Source: a virus (taxonomy: Duplodnaviria > Caudoviricetes). From it: 63,203 bases of DNA. Both the position numbers and the translations under genes were made by a program. Location: the IMG/VR virus record IMGVR_UViG_3300043436_001856, positions 1 through 63,203 of that record; one strand, written 5' to 3'. The notes below the pieces were generated by a model. The model was not told the DNA's origin, did not search any database, and worked only from the letters and a program-made list of their open reading frames with translations. This document shows, one piece after another, positions 1-8,225 of the stretch (position 1 is its first letter; every line of letters begins with the position of its first letter).

Positions 1-115
1 GTTTCCTATCGTTGTCAGTTCTTTGACTATTTGGTTTAATGTCATTCTTTTTTTCTTTTGCCAAATAAACTTTAAGCTTATTTTGGTTTTTAATGTTTAC
101 TTGTTTACTCATATT

Positions 116-712
116 TTAGCAACAACCAATATTTCCCTGATAACGTTCTTCAAAGGTCTTTTTACTTTGTCCGTCCCAACCGTCACCACAACAACCATTG
201 TCACCCAACCACATTGAAACCGTGTAACCTTCGTTGTCAGGTTTGATTGAATCAATGCCTGAACCAAAGTTTAAATAATTAGGGTACAAAGCATTGTTTT
301 GCTTTAGGTATTTAATTAGTCTTTGTTTATAGAATTCCGCACGTGCTTGATACCTGTTGGCAATGTCAATCATATCCTGCATTGAAGGGGATTCCTGATT
401 TTCGCCTGTTTTTCTAATTAAACCCTTATTGTAAAACTGATATGATAAACCTTGCGGTAATTCAGACATAACATAATAAATCAAACAATCCACAATGTAA
501 TCATCTAATAATGTTGTCTGCAATGCAGTAAATGCGTTTGCATCAACTGCGTCCTGTAATTCGTTATAAAGCGCCGAACCTAAAGCCGGTAAAATATACA
601 TATCTTGCGCGGTTTTAATTTCCGGTAAAACCAATTTTTCGTCCACGTTCGCGTGTAACCCGGTTCTGTCCTTTATTGACTGTACTGATATAAATAACGT
701 GTTTTTGCTCAT
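116..712 (-). CDS. Putative head-tail adaptor/connector
   Basis: 198 aa directly downstream of the portal; conserved in copy B; function inferred from position. Confidence 0.55.
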   Translation of the reverse strand: MSKNTLFISVQSIKDRTGLHANVDEKLVLPEIKTAQDMYILPALGSALYNELQDAVDANAFTALQTTLLDDYIVDCLIYYVMSELPQGLSYQFYNKGLIRKTGENQESPSMQDMIDIANRYQARAEFYKQRLIKYLKQNNALYPNYLNFGSGIDSIKPDNEGYTVSMWLGDNGCCGDGWDGQSKKTFEERYQGNIGCC

Positions 713-713
713 T

Positions 714-2510
714 TTATTTTCGTGTTACTATGTTTGAAACCCATTGGTGTCTGCAACTTGGTTCGTGTTTGTCAGTTCCCGGTACTGTGTACCAACCGCC
801 ACCCCTATCCCAAACGGAATATCCTAAACGTGCGCTTATTTGCTCAATTTCAGAACGTGAATACATTTTACCCGCGTCCAATAAAGCAACACAGAACGGG
901 CGGCTTGTCTTTTTATCTGTATTATTAAATCCTTGCTTCCATTCGTAAGAATAGCGAATTAATAATTCCTTTGTTGTCGGCTGAACTTTTACCAATATTT
1001 CGTTTAATGGTTCTGTAAGCGTATGTTCAATAATTATATTTTCATCAATTCCTTCGCCAATTGCATATTCATTAATTTGAACGTAACCATTTTCAACCAA
1101 TGTTTTAATTACAGAATTGATTGTGTCAACATTTTGGTCAAGTGTTGTTGCCAATACTTCAGGCGTTATTCTTTTGTCCTTTGAAATTAAATCCAATACG
1201 TTTGCCTGTAATTGACTAACTTCTGCAAACATTTGGTATTCTGAATCGTCGTTAAAGCGTGTTTTTTGCTTCCAAACATTGAATCCGTCCTTTGCTTCAC
1301 CAAAATCATAAAAGGCGCTGAAATCGTCTGCAAATTGCGCTGACTGCACAACCGGAACTGTGTCTTCAGGTGCTTGATATTTAGACATATCAATTCCCGC
1401 CTTTTCAAGTAACCATTCTTTAGGTGCAATTTCCTTCAATAAGTTTTCTGTGAATTCAAACCCAATTGGTTCTGTTGGTATAATGCTTAATTCAGGGTTT
1501 TGTACGCCTCTAAATTTAGCCAACATATTAAATACACTTTCAAGGTGCATTTGCTTACTATTAACGTAAGTATTTTTAAATATTTCGTAACCGTCGCGCA
1601 TTTCAGAACGTGAACCTAATTTACCCGCTTCAGCAATACCAAAGATTGAAGGCGTTGTAATTTGGTGACCACTAAATATATTCGTTTGAATCAAAGAATC
1701 CACACGGTTAAAATCTTCTTTTGTAATATCTGACGCACCTAAATCGTCAATAATTGGCTTACGCGCTGAATCGTTAACGAATGCCAAAATAAACTTTTTA
1801 CCGTCTGAACCGCTAAATCTATTTGAAAAACGCTTTTCAATATTGCGCTTTTCTTCGTCTGAAGGTTCACCGTTAGGCAAAGTAATTAACTTACTTGCAC
1901 TGAATCCTGTCTGTGCGTTACCTAATACGTGTTTAGATATTTCAATATCTGATTCAATGTAATTTAACGCGCCAAAGTAACCCGGTAAACTATAAATACC
2001 CATATTAGGGCGGTATTCCTTTACATAAAGTATTTGTTTGCCAACAGGGTTTGCAGGATTAAACGCTGCATAAACCATTTGTTTTTCGTTTCTGTCACTC
2101 CAATTTTCTTTGTACCAAAATTGCGTATTGTCTTTATTTGTACGAACTTTTGTATAATCCAAATGCCAAATTTCAGCCAATTGTTTTGTAACTGACCAAA
2201 TAATTTCCAAATAATATCCACCAAACAATTCAACGTCCAAACTAACCTTCCTTGTTAGTTCGTCCAAAGATTCCATTCTGTTAACCTTTTCAATAAAAGT
2301 TTCAGCTTCAGGACTTCCCTTCCAACCGTTTGCAGTTATATAATGCACCTTGCTTTTGACAATGGCGTTATGTTTAGCCGACTTATTAAATAGGTCAACC
2401 AAATAATTAGGGTAATCATTGCGGTCGCCGTACTGAATATAACCTTCACCCTTCTTTTCTTTGAATTCAGGCTGACGTGCTTCTGCAAATGTTAATACTC
2501 GTAAATCCAT
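714..2510 (-). CDS. Portal protein with C-terminal winged-HTH-like segment and Cys/His domain
   Basis: 598 aa; N-terminal YGxxNDYP...SxxHNAI pattern and portal-like core; C-terminal SRPFC...GGG...CRHQW. Confidence 0.8.
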   Translation of the reverse strand: MDLRVLTFAEARQPEFKEKKGEGYIQYGDRNDYPNYLVDLFNKSAKHNAIVKSKVHYITANGWKGSPEAETFIEKVNRMESLDELTRKVSLDVELFGGYYLEIIWSVTKQLAEIWHLDYTKVRTNKDNTQFWYKENWSDRNEKQMVYAAFNPANPVGKQILYVKEYRPNMGIYSLPGYFGALNYIESDIEISKHVLGNAQTGFSASKLITLPNGEPSDEEKRNIEKRFSNRFSGSDGKKFILAFVNDSARKPIIDDLGASDITKEDFNRVDSLIQTNIFSGHQITTPSIFGIAEAGKLGSRSEMRDGYEIFKNTYVNSKQMHLESVFNMLAKFRGVQNPELSIIPTEPIGFEFTENLLKEIAPKEWLLEKAGIDMSKYQAPEDTVPVVQSAQFADDFSAFYDFGEAKDGFNVWKQKTRFNDDSEYQMFAEVSQLQANVLDLISKDKRITPEVLATTLDQNVDTINSVIKTLVENGYVQINEYAIGEGIDENIIIEHTLTEPLNEILVKVQPTTKELLIRYSYEWKQGFNNTDKKTSRPFCVALLDAGKMYSRSEIEQISARLGYSVWDRGGGWYTVPGTDKHEPSCRHQWVSNIVTRK

Positions 2511-2884
2511 TATTGTCTTATTTTATAAGTGTCTGTTGTTTGGTATTCCGTAAATTCAAAAGGCGTTCCAACCAATTCCATTATCCCTGATTCAACCATA
2601 TTTAAGCCGGTCGGGTTGGTGTTGCTTGTACTTGTTTGCTCGTAAATTTCATAATCATATTGACCATTTAACGCAGTTCCAAAGTTGGTATTCGTCACAA
2701 TGCTAAATTCATTGTAACGGTCTTTGTATTGGCTAATATCCGCAGCATTTAATAAAACAAACTTTACTTCTGTATTGGCACTTCTATTCGTGAAAACAAA
2801 TAAGTAATTTGGGTTTGTCAATAACTGTTTTTCAGTTAGTGTTAAAATTATGCTTTGGGTTGCACCCTTTGTTAACCTAATCAT
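2510..2884 (-). CDS. Virion structural protein (possible head closure); start reassigned to MIRLTKG
   Basis: 124 aa beta-rich protein; upstream extension differs between copies and a late-promoter motif lies just before this ATG. Confidence 0.55.
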   Translation of the reverse strand: MIRLTKGATQSIILTLTEKQLLTNPNYLFVFTNRSANTEVKFVLLNAADISQYKDRYNEFSIVTNTNFGTALNGQYDYEIYEQTSTSNTNPTGLNMVESGIMELVGTPFEFTEYQTTDTYKIRQ

Positions 2885-2891
2885 ATACGTA

Positions 2892-2919
2892 TATATAGCA
2901 GGAAATGCAATTTGTTGCA
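2892..2919 (-). promoter_or_regulatory. Candidate phage late promoter (TGCAA-N16-CTATATA)
   Basis: Same motif and spacing in front of five late genes in both copies. Confidence 0.6.
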
Positions 2920-2944
2920 TATAAAGGACAAATAAGCCTAATAT

Positions 2945-2997
2945 GTAAAGTTTTGCCTTTACTTTATGCAATTTTTAGTAAAGTTTTTGCTTTACTA
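2945..2997. repeat. Two palindromes GTAAAG-N6-CTTTAC, 33 bp apart
   Basis: 2945..2962 and 2978..2995; arms and spacing conserved at 34225..34276 while the spacers vary. Confidence 0.75.
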
Positions 2998-3005
2998 TAT
3001 AACAC

Positions 3006-3040
3006 AAAAAAAACCGCCGAACGAATTAACGAACGGCGGC
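3006..3040 (-). terminator. Intrinsic terminator after the major tail gene
   Basis: CCGCCG/CGGCGG stem followed by a T-run on the minus strand; conserved in copy B. Confidence 0.8.
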
Positions 3041-3070
3041 AAACCTATAAACCTATGAAAAACAAAGTTG

Positions 3071-3592
3071 TTAAGAACCCGGTGTTTCTAAAGCTAAAGC
3101 AACAACTGAAGAAACGCTTGGCGCTAACGCAGGTTCTGAACCTGTGAAAGTTAAAGTGAATCCGCTTCTGTCACCTTGCGCAGTACCGGTTGAAGCTGCA
3201 TTTGCAGTCATATCAATACCACGTGTTTTTCCTAAATACCAATAAATTCCATTGCTATCTTTTGCAACTGCAACCAAAGAATTCTGTGCTAACAACAACA
3301 ATTCGTTTCGTGTGTTAGTCTGTAATTTGTTAAGGATAATCTGCAATTCCTGTGCATAGAATACAGTTCCGTTTGCAACGGATGCATTCAAAGTTTGGTT
3401 AAACATTGAAGTATCTTTTACCAAAGCATATTTCCAAAAACGTTTTCCCGCAGCTTTAGTTAAAGCAGTTATTACACCACTTGCTTCAGTTGTAGTTGTT
3501 ACGTTTGCAGCTTCAGTAAAATATACCTCAACAATCCCGCCTAAACTATCGCGACAGTCTAAAGTGTAACCCTGTGTTAGTGCGCACGGCAT
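3071..3592 (-). CDS. Major tail (tube) protein
   Basis: 173 aa, MxC...CxDxxGGI start and TGTAxGDRSGFTLTFTG end, typical of tube proteins following the capsid gene in Bacteroidota siphoviruses. Confidence 0.75.
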   Translation of the reverse strand: MPCALTQGYTLDCRDSLGGIVEVYFTEAANVTTTTEASGVITALTKAAGKRFWKYALVKDTSMFNQTLNASVANGTVFYAQELQIILNKLQTNTRNELLLLAQNSLVAVAKDSNGIYWYLGKTRGIDMTANAASTGTAQGDRSGFTLTFTGSEPALAPSVSSVVALALETPGS

Positions 3593-3621
3593 ATTTTTAA
3601 ATTTTTAAATTTTACAAAATT

Positions 3622-3642
3622 GGGGGGATATTTCACCCCCCC
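3622..3642 (-). terminator. G6/C6 hairpin after the major capsid gene
   Basis: GGGGGG-TGAAATAT-CCCCCC; directly followed by a T-run in copy B (34890..34915). Confidence 0.65.
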
Positions 3643-3648
3643 TATTAA

Positions 3649-4602
3649 TTAAGCTAATACGAATCTTACCATTTCGTCAGGGAATGCGAAATTCACACCC
3701 ATTTTGAATTCAGAAACAAAACGTACTTGGTCAGCTTCTTTAGCGTAGAAAATTTCAAATTTTTCTTCTTCGTTCAATAAGTCTGTACCGATAAATAAGT
3801 TGCTCAAACGTGTAGCGTAAACTTTGTTAGTACCGTTCAAACCTGCAACTGCAATTACCTTAATCATTGTACCCGGTAAAACAAATTCACCGTCTGCTTT
3901 CGCATCAACTGAATAATGGAAACTGTTTGCGTTCTTTAAAGCAATAGTGTAAGTTCTGAACAAATCCTGACCACAGAAAATTGTCATATCGTCAGCAGCA
4001 ACAACTTTAGCAGGAATTGCAGCGTAAACACCGTCAAAAATGCTGATAACGTTAGCAGCAGTAATTGAACTTAATGGCGCACCTGAAATAAAAGTTGAAG
4101 CGTTAGCAGCAACAACACCTGAAGCAGCACCGATTAATTTTACTAAACCGTCAAACTTGTTTAAGTTAACGTTTACTGAATCTGTGTCACCTTGCCATAA
4201 AGAAGTTTCCAATTGTGCAGCAATTGTTTTCGCTTTTTTATCTGCGAATTCTTGCTCAAAAGGAATTGAATCGTACATTGAACCTGTTGGCAATGCTTTT
4301 TGTAAATACTTCGCTTCTAAATCTTTAGGACATAAAGCTTCGTTTACTTTAATTTTTCCAACAGTCACAGTTCTTTGTGTGAAAGTTGTTGAACCTGAAG
4401 CAGTAAATCCGCAGCTTCCACCGCTTTGAAATATTGCGTCTGTGTCCATAATATTAATCGTTTCAGAAGACTTTACGCCAACCATAACGTTACCTGCACT
4501 TTTAATTAAAGTTGCAGTTTTTGCACCTAATACAGAAGAAGTCACTAAAAGTGCTGCATTTTGTTCTGTATAGTTTGCTAATGCTGATACATTAAATCCC
4601 AT
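3649..4602 (-). CDS. Major capsid protein
   Basis: 317 aa after protease and scaffold; IWQGD...FDGL motif; strong codon bias. Confidence 0.85.
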   Translation of the reverse strand: MGFNVSALANYTEQNAALLVTSSVLGAKTATLIKSAGNVMVGVKSSETINIMDTDAIFQSGGSCGFTASGSTTFTQRTVTVGKIKVNEALCPKDLEAKYLQKALPTGSMYDSIPFEQEFADKKAKTIAAQLETSLWQGDTDSVNVNLNKFDGLVKLIGAASGVVAANASTFISGAPLSSITAANVISIFDGVYAAIPAKVVAADDMTIFCGQDLFRTYTIALKNANSFHYSVDAKADGEFVLPGTMIKVIAVAGLNGTNKVYATRLSNLFIGTDLLNEEEKFEIFYAKEADQVRFVSEFKMGVNFAFPDEMVRFVLA

Positions 4603-4614
4603 TGTTATCTAATT

Positions 4615-5223
4615 TTAATTGTTTAATAATGCTTGTCTATATTTGCTCAATCTTTCTTCTTTAATATCTTTGTTAGATACAAATTCAGAAAATCCGTTTG
4701 GCTTTTGAATTGGGTCTGCGCTTGGTGTATTTGAAAGCGCCTCAATTAGTTCGGCTACCTGTGCAAATCCTTGCTTAACTTTATTTTCTAATTCCAAAAC
4801 TCTTAATTCAGCCGCTTCTTTAGCTTCAACCAATTCAGCAAATTTTGCTTCAAATTGTTCAGCCATTTCAGCCATTTTTTTGTCTTCTTCTTTTGAAGCT
4901 TCAACTTCTGTGTCAACTTCCGGTAAAACTTCTTCAACTTTAGTTTCAATTGCGATAATAATACCGTTTTCGTCCAAAGTAATTTCTGTACCGTCCATTA
5001 ATTCGTGTTCGCCCATTGGTGCGGTTGTACCGTCTGCCAATGTAACTGAACCGCCAATTTCTAAAGCTGAAATTTCAACTTTAGTCCCGTCCATTAAAGA
5101 ATATTCTGCCATTTCCACCTTTGTTTCTTCAACCATTGGTGCAACTTCAGCTTCAACTTCAACAGGCGCAACATTGTCTTCAAACAATGCCTTAATTTTT
5201 AAAATCGCTTCCTGTGCGTTCAT
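4615..5223 (-). CDS. Capsid scaffolding protein
   Basis: Acidic, LxDGT repeats, APxGEHELxDG, C-terminal coiled coil; directly upstream of the capsid gene. Confidence 0.75.
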   Translation of the reverse strand: MNAQEAILKIKALFEDNVAPVEVEAEVAPMVEETKVEMAEYSLMDGTKVEISALEIGGSVTLADGTTAPMGEHELMDGTEITLDENGIIIAIETKVEEVLPEVDTEVEASKEEDKKMAEMAEQFEAKFAELVEAKEAAELRVLELENKVKQGFAQVAELIEALSNTPSADPIQKPNGFSEFVSNKDIKEERLSKYRQALLNN

Positions 5224-5234
5224 ACTTTTTTTAT

Positions 5235-5263
5235 TATATAGTTAAAAAATAAAATGTTTACCA
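5235..5263 (-). promoter_or_regulatory. Candidate phage late promoter (TGGTA-N17-CTATATA)
   Basis: Recurrent motif; copy B has the -10-like box at 36507..36513. Confidence 0.6.
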
Positions 5264-5854
5264 CTTAACCTGTGACAATATTTTTTGAATTTCCTCAACC
5301 ATTGAAGCAACTTTATTTACTTCACGTGGTTTGTAGTTAAATAATCCTTCAACGCTGAACCCGGCAATTTCGCCATTTTTAACCTTTTGCCACGCTTCTT
5401 CGTTGTCAACAATCATTGACCCGAACCAACTTCCAACAGGCGCGTCTTCAAATCCTTTCATTGGCATAATGCCACGCGAAGGGTCTGAAATAAAGCTTTC
5501 AAATAATGTAACGCCTTCAAATTGTGCGTTTGAATCGTGCATTAAATTGACGTTACTTTGAAAACCTTTCTTAAAAAACTTCTGAACAATCTTAAGAATA
5601 GTGTCTTTACTAAAAGCAACATAATAATCGCCGTATGTACTATCGCTGCGAAAAATAGGACTGTCAGCCAACATAATAGCACCACTAATAATACGACGGT
5701 CTTCATTTGCAATTTCAAATTTTTGGCTTTTATTAAATGCGTTCCAATTCTTTTGGATTGCCGGACGGTCAACCAATGCAATAAAATCAACCTGTGCGTC
5801 GTCGTTTATGTCTTCTGTAATATCCAACATAAAAATTGGTAAATCTGTATTCAT
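5258..5854 (-). CDS. Prohead maturation protease (XkdF-like serine protease)
   Basis: IALVDRPAI, NLMH, GSWF, GFSVEG motifs. Confidence 0.85.
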   Translation of the reverse strand: MNTDLPIFMLDITEDINDDAQVDFIALVDRPAIQKNWNAFNKSQKFEIANEDRRIISGAIMLADSPIFRSDSTYGDYYVAFSKDTILKIVQKFFKKGFQSNVNLMHDSNAQFEGVTLFESFISDPSRGIMPMKGFEDAPVGSWFGSMIVDNEEAWQKVKNGEIAGFSVEGLFNYKPREVNKVASMVEEIQKILSQVKW

Positions 5855-5859
5855 AACAC

Positions 5860-5887
5860 TAAATAGTTTAATTTTTAATATTTATCG
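5860..5887 (-). promoter_or_regulatory. Candidate phage late promoter (CGATA-N16-CTATTTA)
   Basis: Recurrent motif, 5 nt before the ATG; copy B box at 37132..37138. Confidence 0.6.
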
Positions 5888-5888
5888 T

Positions 5889-8225
5889 TTATTCAAATCT
5901 TGCCCTGTTTTGTATTTCGGCGTCACGGCTTTGTGCGTCTGAAATATCGCGTTCAACAACGTAAGCACGAATAGTTTGACCGCCACCACCGTCACCAATT
6001 CCACCGCCGCCACCACCTAAAGAAGGCGTCCCGCCACCGCCTAAAGAAGGCATTGCGCCACCACCACCCAAAGACGGCATTGCACCACCGCCCGTTGCAG
6101 GTGCGCCCGGTGAAGGAATATTAACAAATCCGGGTTCAGAAGAACCGCCCGGAATTTCAGGCGCTTTTACCGCTAAAATGGATTTTACGTTTTTTAAACC
6201 CGCAACAATTGCAGCCGCCGCAGCAACCGCACCCAAAACCGGACCGACAACAGGAATTCCCGCCAAAGACTTAAATGCCGCCGTTGCTGACATATAAGTA
6301 TCAATAGTTGTTGCAGCAATTGCAGCCGCCTTACCGGCAACTGTATGTTCACCAATCGCCTTTGCAGCATTTTTTAATGTCGCACTAATCTTTTGTGCAT
6401 TTTCCGCACGTGCAGCCGCTTCTTTTTTACTAATTTCAACCCTTGCGTCGCTTAATTCTTTTTCTGTTTTATTATATGCGTCCGCATCAATTTTACCTTC
6501 TTTATAAAGCTTTTTATTTAATGCCAAAGCATCATCAACACCTTGCTTCCTTGCTGCGTATGAAAGGTTTTCATTATTAATAATAGAATCTAAACGTTCC
6601 TGTTCTTTGTCGTCAGCTTCTTTTAGATATTTAGCGTCAATTTCAGCAACTTCAGCGCCATATTTTTCACGTAAAGCCGCAACCATTAAACCCTTCTGTT
6701 CTTCTGTGTAATCCGCGTTATCAAGTACCTTTTTAGTTTCAGCAACTAAAGCTTCTTCCAATGCAGTAATTTCCTTTTCTTTGCCTTCCTTTAATTTAGC
6801 AATACGCGTTTCTGATAATGTTGATTGTAATTCTTCTTCAAACTTTTTATCCTTTTCAGCGCGGTCAGCTTTTATTTTATCGTCAATCGTTTTTACTTCT
6901 AATTGATAAGCTTCTTCAGTTGCCTTTTTTAATTCGTTCTTTGTTTTTGTGTCAATATTTAAAGCGTCAATTTCAGCAACACGCGCTTTCATATTTATTT
7001 CAGCCTGTTTCTTTGCCTTTTCTTCTTCTGAAGTAATTTCAGCCAATGCCTTTTCATTTTGTAAATCCAAAAGCATTTTGTCAGCCGTCTTTTTATCTTC
7101 AATGGCTTGTTTATTTGCTTCGTCACGTTTCTTTTTTTCTTCTTGAATCGCCTCGTCACGTTTCTTTTTAGCATCTTCAGCCGCTTTTGCCGCAGCGTCA
7201 GCCGTCTTTTTATTAAATTCAGCCGTTAAAACTAATTGTTCAGTCTTTAAATTACTGAATTGTTTATATTCTTCTTCTGTTAATTTGCCTTTAGTTTTTA
7301 AACTTTCGCGTAAAACATTTAATTCGTTGTTTACACGTTGTTGGCTTAAATCGTAAATTTCCTTTTCTGACCCGCCTTGCGCCTTTAATACTTTAATACG
7401 GTTTTCAATATCTTGATTTGCCCTTGCATTTGCAACTGATAATTTGTTTAAATTACGTTCCGCTTCACTTGTAACCCCAATAAAGTCTGTAAATTGGGTT
7501 ACTAAATTACCAACACCCTTTGCCAAACTTCCCAAAGGACTGTTTTTAATCCAATTTGAAATCGCATCAAAATTATTTATAACTAATCCTAAAGCAACAA
7601 CCAAAGCACCAATACCGGTTGCCACAATAGCACCTTTTAAAACGTTAAATCCTTTTGAAGTCGTTTCAACCGATACGCCAAAAGCACGTTGCACAACCGC
7701 CGCCGTTTTAGTTGCTGCGTTATTTAATTCTTGAAATACTGTTGTACTTTTAATAACCGCACCTAATTGTCTGAATGAATCCACGCTTTCACCAACCGCC
7801 TGTAAACCTTGCGACAATGCCATTGCAGCATTCACCTTCAATAAAGCCTGTTCAACGTCTTTATTCTCATTGCCAAACAATGCCATTGCACCCTGAAGCG
7901 CACTAAATCCACCTGCAACACCTGCCAATGAAGAAGCAACCGCCTTAAATTTGGCGTCAGGATTAAACGCATCTGTCAACGCCTTCGCGTCGCCAATTCT
8001 GTCTTTTAAGTCAGCCGCACGTTTAGCCGCGTTAATAGCTTCTTTTGAAGTCGCACCAAACTTGTCAGCCATTAAAGCAACATTTGCAGTTGCTTCCCTT
8101 AATTGCGTTCTTAAACCTTTAACCGTTTGGTCAGTAGCTTCAAATGCATTATCTAATTTTTGGACGTCCTGTGTCGCCTGTGCGGTGTCTGTGGTGACCT
8201 TTATACCAATAGTTTCTTCTGCCAT
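5889..8225 (-). CDS. Tape measure protein
   Basis: 778 aa Ala-rich helical protein with hydrophobic segments, long coiled coil, Gly-rich linker and RAYVV C-terminus. Confidence 0.8.
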   Translation of the reverse strand: MAEETIGIKVTTDTAQATQDVQKLDNAFEATDQTVKGLRTQLREATANVALMADKFGATSKEAINAAKRAADLKDRIGDAKALTDAFNPDAKFKAVASSLAGVAGGFSALQGAMALFGNENKDVEQALLKVNAAMALSQGLQAVGESVDSFRQLGAVIKSTTVFQELNNAATKTAAVVQRAFGVSVETTSKGFNVLKGAIVATGIGALVVALGLVINNFDAISNWIKNSPLGSLAKGVGNLVTQFTDFIGVTSEAERNLNKLSVANARANQDIENRIKVLKAQGGSEKEIYDLSQQRVNNELNVLRESLKTKGKLTEEEYKQFSNLKTEQLVLTAEFNKKTADAAAKAAEDAKKKRDEAIQEEKKKRDEANKQAIEDKKTADKMLLDLQNEKALAEITSEEEKAKKQAEINMKARVAEIDALNIDTKTKNELKKATEEAYQLEVKTIDDKIKADRAEKDKKFEEELQSTLSETRIAKLKEGKEKEITALEEALVAETKKVLDNADYTEEQKGLMVAALREKYGAEVAEIDAKYLKEADDKEQERLDSIINNENLSYAARKQGVDDALALNKKLYKEGKIDADAYNKTEKELSDARVEISKKEAAARAENAQKISATLKNAAKAIGEHTVAGKAAAIAATTIDTYMSATAAFKSLAGIPVVGPVLGAVAAAAAIVAGLKNVKSILAVKAPEIPGGSSEPGFVNIPSPGAPATGGGAMPSLGGGGAMPSLGGGGTPSLGGGGGGIGDGGGGQTIRAYVVERDISDAQSRDAEIQNRARFE

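Noticed and set aside
5975-6110. GC-rich (CCR)n tract as a non-coding or G-quadruplex element
   Set aside because: Fully explained by the poly-Gly linker of the tape measure protein
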